DNA from: Chlamydiota bacterium
GTDB lineage: Bacteria; Auribacterota; Tritonobacteria; UBA1439
Direction: 5' to 3'
NCBI GenBank assembly: GCA_037133055.1
Contig: JBAXOY010000091.1
Coordinates: forward strand, 1 to 12,500
DNA length: 12,500 nucleotides
The first letter of the stretch is position 1; every line of letters begins with the position of its first letter. Below the pieces are notes generated by a model. That model searched no databases. It was given only the letters and a program-made list of their open reading frames with translations, and was not told where the DNA came from. The position numbers were made by a program, and so were the translations under genes. Below are positions 7,711 through 12,500 of this stretch, piece after piece.

Positions 7711-8319
7711 TTACCGGTATTTCCTGAGCACCGCGACGACCACCCCCTGGATCGTCACCTCGGACGCGGGGAGGACGATCGGATCGAGGGCCGGGTTCGC
7801 GGGGATGAGCGTGACCATCCCCTTTTCCTGCCGGAACTTCTTCAGCGTCGCCTCCTCGTTGCGGATGAGGGCGATCACCGTCTCGCCGTTCCGGGCGGTG
7901 CGCCGTTTCTCGACGACGACGTAGTCCCCGTCGCGGATCCCCTCGCCGATCATCGAGTCCCCCCGGACCCGGAGGACGAAGGCGCTCCCCTTCCCGGCGA
8001 ACTCCTCCGGCACAACCATCGTCTCCCGGTCGGCGAGCGCCTCGATCGGCCTGCCGGCGGCGATCATGCCGAGGAGCGGGAGCTCGATGGCGGCGAGCCG
8101 GATATCCCCCGCCGGGACAAGCTCGATCGACCGGCTGCGGTGCTCCTCCCGGCTGATGGCGCCCTTTTTCTCGAGGTTGACGAGGTGTGTGTGCACCGTG
8201 GCGGGGGATCCGAGGCCGAACCTCTTCCCGATCTCACCGATGCTCGGGGCGTAGCCCCTCCGCGCGATGAACTCGTCCAGGTAGTCCAGTATCTGCCGCT
8301 GCCGCCGTGTAAGATGCAT
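7711..8319 (-). CDS. lexA: SOS repressor LexA, 202 aa
   Basis: LTRRQRQILDYL...GYAPSIGEI...SPATVHTHL winged HTH, Ala-Gly cleavage site IAAGRP, catalytic Ser GDSMI and Lys ATLKKF. Start at ATG 8319 with AGGAGGT SD at 8330-8324. Confidence 0.97.
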   Translation of the reverse strand: MHLTRRQRQILDYLDEFIARRGYAPSIGEIGKRFGLGSPATVHTHLVNLEKKGAISREEHRSRSIELVPAGDIRLAAIELPLLGMIAAGRPIEALADRETMVVPEEFAGKGSAFVLRVRGDSMIGEGIRDGDYVVVEKRRTARNGETVIALIRNEEATLKKFRQEKGMVTLIPANPALDPIVLPASEVTIQGVVVAVLRKYR

Positions 8320-8353
8320 GGGGACCTCCTTTCGGCGTCCGTTGCCCAGTATC

Positions 8354-8382
8354 AGGATAGGCGAATAAAAAGCGAAAATCAA
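8354..8382 (-). promoter_or_regulatory. Sigma70-type promoter of the lexA operon with a candidate LexA operator in the spacer
   Basis: Minus strand: TTGATT (8382-8377), 17 bp, TATCCT (8359-8354). The spacer TTCGCTTTTTATTCGCC is a TTCGC direct repeat with an 11-bp period. Confidence 0.7.
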
Positions 8383-8403
8383 GGGCAAAAAAACATAACT
8401 GCT

Positions 8404-8445
8404 CAGAAGCCAGAATTCAGAAGTCAGGAGTCAGGAGTTAGAATG
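8404..8445 (+). repeat. 7-bp tandem array, consensus CAGRAGT, 6 units
   Basis: CAGAAGC CAGAATT CAGAAGT CAGGAGT CAGGAGT TAGAATG. The last units supply GGAG and the ATG at 8443. Confidence 0.9.
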
Positions 8446-8571
8446 AGGACTTCAGCGACAGCATTTAAGGACTTGGGATACGGCGATGTTTCCGAGTTAA
8501 CGCGGTTACTCGAAGAGGTCAGCACTCTACTGGAAACTAGTTCGCGATCCATTCTGGATTCTGGCTTCTGA
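8443..8571 (+). pseudogene. Internally deleted four-helix-bundle (IVP family) gene, 42 aa
   Basis: MRTSATAFKDL-GYGDVSELTRLLEEVSTLLETSSRSILDSGF*. The N-terminal FxDL start is fused directly to the DLGY...LEEVSxLL last helix, and the central NIAEG region is missing. Confidence 0.7.
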
Positions 8572-8586
8572 CTTCTGACTACCTGA
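8551..8586 (-). repeat. Inverted 7-bp array, reverse complement of the 8404-8445 array
   Basis: Plus strand ATTCTGG ATTCTGG CTTCTGA CTTCTGA CTACCTGA. Contains the TGA stop (8569-8571) of the remnant ORF. Confidence 0.9.
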
Positions 8587-8616
8587 GTAGTTGCAAAAAA
8601 TACCATGCGACGGAAG

Positions 8617-9774
8617 TCAGAGTCTCATCATCCCCGCCAGCATTCCCGCCCCGAATCCCCGCCTGAGCCGGATCGCGCGCGCGGGGCAGATCTCGTTGCA
8701 GCAGTAGCAGAGGATGCAGCGGCGGTCTTCGATCCTGACCCGGCCGCCCTCGATGGAGAGCGCCTTCGGCCTCGGGGGGCAGACGCCGACGCAGGCGCCG
8801 CAGCGGGTGCACGCACGGCGCAGTATCCGCGGCCTGCGGGCGAACCAGCCCTTGATGGCCCGCTCGACGAAGGCGGGCATACACGCCGGCCCCTCGCGTC
8901 CCTCCGCCGGGACCGCGCGGAATCCGCTCACGCGCACGTCCCCGGCCTTCTCCCCCAGGATCTCTATCTCATCCTCCCGCGTTTTCCCGAGCCCCCGCTC
9001 CGCGGCGATGCGCAGCATCGGGACGCTCAGGGGATCGATCCCCACGGCGCGGCACGCGGTCGAGTCCACGGCGACCGGGTCCGCGCCCGCGATGATGAGC
9101 CCGATGAGAAACGGGTCTCCGGCCCCGGGGCCGTTCCCGTCCATGCCGACGACCGCGTCGAGGATATGGAGCTTTGCGGGGACCGTGAGCCCGAGGTCGG
9201 CGAGCATCCGCCCGAACCGCTCGCGGTCGGGGAACCGGCAGTGCAACTCCGCCTTCTTGAGGCCGGGGATGCAGCCGAACATGTTTTTCACCGCGGCGGT
9301 GATGCCGGTGAAGTTGTGCGTCTTGAACTTCGGGAGGGAGATGAGCGCGGGCGCCCGCACGACCGCGCGCGCCACGACGAACTTCCTGATCAGGCAGCCC
9401 TCCGGCGCCCGGATCTCCTCCTCTTCATCGAAGGGGACGAGGGGGACTCCGGCCTCCGCGGCCATCGCCCCGATCCCCGACGCGGCGGCGACTTTTGCGA
9501 AGGAGTGGAATCCGGGGCTGTCGCCGATCCGGGGAAAGGCCCCGGCGTCTTTTGCGAGCGCGGTCACCGCCTCGATGACGGCCGGGTGCGTGGTGACGGC
9601 CTTTTCCGGGGGGTGGGGCGCGAGCATGTTCGGTTTGAGGAGGACGGCCTGCCCATGAACGACGAACGCCCCCATGCCGCCGAGCAGGTCCATGGCCCGC
9701 GCGACCGCGGCGCGCGCCTCGCCGGCGTCGTACGAGCGGCACCGCGCCACCGCGATCCTCGATCGGCGATCCAT
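8617..9774 (-). CDS. DUF362 domain protein with C-terminal 2x[4Fe-4S] ferredoxin domain, 385 aa
   Basis: VLLKPNML, TTHP, GDSPG, ISLPKFKTH, AVKNMFG, GMDGNGP, DPVAVD, then CTRCGACVGVCP and CILCYCCNEICP. Start reassigned to ATG 9774 (GGAGG upstream). The track's 150-codon extension overlaps the opposite-strand gene. Confidence 0.9.
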   Translation of the reverse strand: MDRRSRIAVARCRSYDAGEARAAVARAMDLLGGMGAFVVHGQAVLLKPNMLAPHPPEKAVTTHPAVIEAVTALAKDAGAFPRIGDSPGFHSFAKVAAASGIGAMAAEAGVPLVPFDEEEEIRAPEGCLIRKFVVARAVVRAPALISLPKFKTHNFTGITAAVKNMFGCIPGLKKAELHCRFPDRERFGRMLADLGLTVPAKLHILDAVVGMDGNGPGAGDPFLIGLIIAGADPVAVDSTACRAVGIDPLSVPMLRIAAERGLGKTREDEIEILGEKAGDVRVSGFRAVPAEGREGPACMPAFVERAIKGWFARRPRILRRACTRCGACVGVCPPRPKALSIEGGRVRIEDRRCILCYCCNEICPARAIRLRRGFGAGMLAGMMRL

Positions 9775-9884
9775 GGCCCCTCCCGGGCGTCGGCGCGCGG
9801 CGGAAAGCGCCCGCGCCCCGCGTGCGGACACATTGTACTTCCCCCCCCGGCCGGAGGAAATATTTTTCTCGGCGCGCTGAATCC

Positions 9885-9913
9885 TTGCGCCGTAGCCGGT
9901 TCCGCGGTAGAAT
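9885..9913 (+). promoter_or_regulatory. Sigma70-type promoter for the lipoprotein-ppa-cyclase cluster
   Basis: TTGCGC (9885-9890), 17 bp, TAGAAT (9908-9913). A divergent TACAAT -10 for the DUF362 gene lies at 9837-9832. Confidence 0.6.
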
Positions 9914-9931
9914 GCTGGCGGTATGCGGGGT

Positions 9932-9975
9932 TCATGCCGGGCAAGGGGGAGCCGTCCATGAAATGCCCGGCATGA
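9932..9975 (+). repeat. Perfect 12-bp inverted repeat with a 20-nt loop in the 5' leader
   Basis: TCATGCCGGGCA (9932-9943) and TGCCCGGCATGA (9964-9975). Confidence 0.85.
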
Positions 9976-10014
9976 GGAAGGGATCCCGGGAATGGGGCGC
10001 GTTCTGAAGGAGGG

Positions 10015-10284
10015 ATGATGAGACCGGTTCTGCTGTGCGCTCTTCTCATCTCGGCGGTGGGGACCGCCGGCTGCATCAACAAGGGGCCGTACTACATCTA
10101 CGGCGACTACATCGAGGAGCACGGGGAGGGAGAGTACGAGGACGCGGACGAGTACCCGCCCGAGGAGACCGCCACGGAAGAGGAACACGACTGGGATCAC
10201 GACAAGAATTGCGACAAGGAACACAAGGATCGCGATGCTGCGAAGCCGAAGCCGGAGGCGGCGGGCGCGAAGAAGATGATCTGA
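10015..10284 (+). CDS. Small acidic putative lipoprotein (start could also be 10018)
   Basis: MMRPVLLCALLISAVGTAG-C signal peptide with lipobox-like TAGC and D/E/Y-rich low-complexity body. AAGGAGG SD directly upstream. Confidence 0.7.
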   Translation: MMRPVLLCALLISAVGTAGCINKGPYYIYGDYIEEHGEGEYEDADEYPPEETATEEEHDWDHDKNCDKEHKDRDAAKPKPEAAGAKKMI

Positions 10285-10344
10285 GCGCGCGCGGCGCCCC
10301 CCGGCGCGGGGATTTTACGGACACGAGCGAAGGAGCACCGACAG

Positions 10345-10842
10345 ATGGAAGAGATGTGTGCGCCCGTCGACGCGGTGGTGGAGATACCGAAGGGGAGCCG
10401 GAACAAGTACGAGTACGACTTCGCGACCGGCGCGATACGCCTCGACCGGGTGCTCTTCTCATCCGTGCATTACCCGACCGACTACGGATTCATCCCGTGG
10501 ACCAGGGCGGCGGACGGCGATACGCTCGACGTGCTCATCATCGTCGAGGAGCCGACCTTCCCCGGGTGCCGCGTGAAGATACGCCCCATCGGCGTGCTCC
10601 AGATGCGCGACGAGCGCGGCGTCGATGAAAAAATACTCGGGGTCCCCGTGGCCGACCCGCGCTTCGATGGGATCAACGACATCGCCGATCTCCAGAAGCA
10701 CTGGCTCGCCGAGATCGAAAACTTTTTCGGCACGTACAAGCTTCTCGAGCACAACAAGGAGACCTGCGTCGAGGGATGGAAGGGCGCGGATGCCGCGAGG
10801 GCGGTGCTGAAGAAATACGCGGTCGCGCCGCCCCCGCGATGA
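10345..10842 (+). CDS. ppa: Family I soluble inorganic pyrophosphatase
   Basis: VEIPKGSRNKYEYD, LDRVLFSSVHYPTDYGFIP, DGDTLDVL, RPIGVLQMRDE..DEKIL, FFGTYKLLE. AAGGAG RBS. Confidence 0.97.
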   Translation: MEEMCAPVDAVVEIPKGSRNKYEYDFATGAIRLDRVLFSSVHYPTDYGFIPWTRAADGDTLDVLIIVEEPTFPGCRVKIRPIGVLQMRDERGVDEKILGVPVADPRFDGINDIADLQKHWLAEIENFFGTYKLLEHNKETCVEGWKGADAARAVLKKYAVAPPPR

Positions 10843-10868
10843 CCCCCCCCTCGGACACGGAGCACGCG

Positions 10869-12488
10869 ATGCCAAGGCTGTTCATCAAGGATGGCACGGG
10901 CCAGGGCCTGTACCACGAGCTGTCGCCCGGCACCACCACGATCGGGAGGGGGCGGGACTGCACCATCGAGATGGGGAGCCTCGGTGTTTCCCGCACCCAC
11001 GCCGCGATACAGCTCGCCCCGGGGGGCGAGGCCGTCATCGAGGACATGGGGAGCAAGAACGGGACCCTCGTGAACGGCGCGCGGGTCGAGCGGGCGGTGC
11101 TCAGGGAAGGGGATGAGATCGCGATCGGCCAGGCCTCGTTCGTGTACCACGCGGGCGCCACGGACGGTGGGGCGGAGCCTGAGGCCGCGCCGCCCGGCGA
11201 GGGGCGCGTCGAGTCCGAGGTGCGCAGCGTGATGAAGGTCGACCCGATGCGCGGGGTCGACCGGGGCGAGGAGGCGGACAGCCCGGAGGTGCTCCGGAAA
11301 TCCCACCGGTATCTGGCCATTCTCTATCGTGTCGGGCGGACGGTCTCCGCCACGCTGAACCTGAATGAGCTCCTCAAGGCGCTCATGGATATCGTCTTCG
11401 AGGTGGTGCACCCCGACGAGGCGTTCATCATGCTGAAGGACGAGGCGACCGGGGCGCTTAAGCTCCGCATCTTCCGATCGAAGGCATCCACGGCGAAGGA
11501 GGGGACGGTCGCCGTGAGCCGGACGATACTCGACAAGGTGACCCGCGAGGGGGTCGCGATTTTGAGCGCGGACGCCTCCGCCGACAGCCGCTTCAGCGCC
11601 GCGAAGAGCGTCCTCCGGTTTCACATGATGTCCACCATGTGCGTCCCCCTCATGAGGGAGGAGAAGGTGCTCGGGGTGATCCATGTCGCCAACCGGGTCT
11701 CCTCGGGCGAGTTTCGGGAGGAGGACCTCCAGCTCTTCTCGGGGATCGCCGCGCAGGCGGCGCTCGCGATCGAGAACGCCACGCTTTACCACAACATCCA
11801 GCTCGAGGTCCGGCGCCGGAACAACCTGCAGCGCTATCTCCCCCCGAGCGCCGTCGAGCAGATCATGGACGGCACGCGCGAGCTCAACCTCGGCGGCGAG
11901 ATCAAGGAGGTGACGGTCCTCTTCTCCGACATCCGCGGCTTCACCCATCTTTCGGAGGATCTCCCGCCGAACGAGGTGGTGGGGATGCTGAACGAGTATT
12001 TCAACGAGATGACCAGGATCGCATTCCGCAACGAGGGGACGGTCGACAAGTTCATCGGCGACGCGCTCATCGTCGTCTTCGGCGCGGCGGTCCCGCATCC
12101 GGACGACCCGTCGCGCGCCGCCCGCACGGCGGCCGAGATGCAGGCCGCGATGAAGGGGCTCAACGCCCGCTGGGATGCGCAGGGGAGGAAGACGTTCCAG
12201 ATCGGGATCGGCATCAATACCGGCGAGGTCCTCTACGGCAACATCGGCTCGGAGCAACGGATGGAGCTCACGGTCATCGGCGACGTGGTGAATCTGGCCT
12301 CGCGCCTCGGCGATGTCGCCCGCGGGGGGGAGGTGCTCCTCAGCGGCTCGACCCGCGACGCGCTCGGCGGGAGCGTCCGGGCGGAGCGCATAAAGCCGCT
12401 CGAGGTGCAGGGGAAGGCGGCGCCCGTCGAGGTCCACCGGATGAGGCTAGGAGCCTGTCCGAGTAATCCTATTTTGCCGCACATTTGA
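10869..12488 (+). CDS. FHA-GAF-class III adenylate cyclase
   Basis: FHA (IGR, VSRTHA, DMGSKNGTLVNG), GAF (SRTILDKV, STMCVPL, GIAAQAALAIENA) and cyclase core (LFSDIRGFT, DKFIGD, GIGINTG, LTVIGDVVNLASRL). Lys/Thr specificity residues indicate ATP use. Start at 10869 (GGAG upstream); ATG 10839 overlapping the ppa stop is an alternative. Confidence 0.93.
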   Translation: MPRLFIKDGTGQGLYHELSPGTTTIGRGRDCTIEMGSLGVSRTHAAIQLAPGGEAVIEDMGSKNGTLVNGARVERAVLREGDEIAIGQASFVYHAGATDGGAEPEAAPPGEGRVESEVRSVMKVDPMRGVDRGEEADSPEVLRKSHRYLAILYRVGRTVSATLNLNELLKALMDIVFEVVHPDEAFIMLKDEATGALKLRIFRSKASTAKEGTVAVSRTILDKVTREGVAILSADASADSRFSAAKSVLRFHMMSTMCVPLMREEKVLGVIHVANRVSSGEFREEDLQLFSGIAAQAALAIENATLYHNIQLEVRRRNNLQRYLPPSAVEQIMDGTRELNLGGEIKEVTVLFSDIRGFTHLSEDLPPNEVVGMLNEYFNEMTRIAFRNEGTVDKFIGDALIVVFGAAVPHPDDPSRAARTAAEMQAAMKGLNARWDAQGRKTFQIGIGINTGEVLYGNIGSEQRMELTVIGDVVNLASRLGDVARGGEVLLSGSTRDALGGSVRAERIKPLEVQGKAAPVEVHRMRLGACPSNPILPHI

Positions 12489-12500
12489 TAAAATTACGGT
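12447..12500. mobile_element. Possible left end of an insertion sequence or MITE
   Basis: CTAG (12447-12450) followed by GAGCCTGTCCGAGTAAT and an abrupt switch to AT-rich sequence. The other end and any transposase are not visible. Confidence 0.35.

Larger units (their letters stand above)
8395..8594. mobile_element. 200-bp MITE-like element with terminal inverted repeats, internal 7-bp arrays and a four-helix-bundle remnant
   Basis: Left end ATAACTGCTCAG (8395-8406). Right end CTGAGTAGTTGC (8583-8594; reverse complement GCAACTACTCAG, inner 10 bp match 9/10). Flanks CAAAAAAAC (8386-8394) and AAAAAATAC (8595-8603) match 7/9. Visibly more AT-rich than neighbouring genes. Confidence 0.6.

Noticed and set aside
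8320..8388. 23-aa N-terminal extension of LexA in the ORF track
   Set aside because: It covers the SD and promoter. Homology starts at ATG 8319.
9775..10224. 150-aa N-terminal extension of the DUF362 ORF
   Set aside because: It overlaps divergent promoters and the plus-strand lipoprotein, and a good RBS precedes ATG 9774.
10299..10316. Intrinsic terminator after the lipoprotein (CCCCG-GCG-CGGGG-ATTTT)
   Set aside because: Only a 5-bp stem with a 3-nt loop and a short T tract, too weak to call in GC-rich DNA.
3883..12466. Long alternative-frame ORFs (3883-5847, 4167-6113, 6401-7609, 7291-8571, 8605-9975, 10482-12437, 11639-12466)
   Set aside because: Arg/Gly/Pro-rich or antisense frames expected in high-GC DNA, overlapping well-supported genes. 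Only the last 42 codons of 7291-8571 and the last 5 of 8605-9975 are kept as separate observations.

Overview
GC-rich bacterial window. In order: a partial GT4 glycosyltransferase (minus strand, missing from the ORF track), an orphan nucleotidyltransferase-fold gene, an SDR oxidoreductase, a four-helix-bundle (23S rRNA IVP / Avd-like) gene embedded in 9-bp tandem repeats, a minus-strand SOS mutagenesis cassette lexA-dinB-dnaE2 with a sigma70 promoter and candidate direct-repeat LexA box, a 200-bp MITE-like element, a DUF362/4Fe-4S protein, a small lipoprotein, inorganic pyrophosphatase, an FHA-GAF class III adenylate cyclase, and a possible IS end at the right edge. The MITE-like element has terminal inverted repeats, inverted 7-bp arrays and an internally deleted second four-helix-bundle gene. 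The most unusual signal is the set of short purine-rich tandem arrays with 7-, 8- and 9-bp periods. They hug the starts and stops of both four-helix-bundle genes, which bracket the SOS cassette, and also lie in frame inside dnaE2. The DinB has Glu in place of a catalytic Asp (SMEE instead of SxDE). All family calls come from motif recognition by eye; no searches were run.
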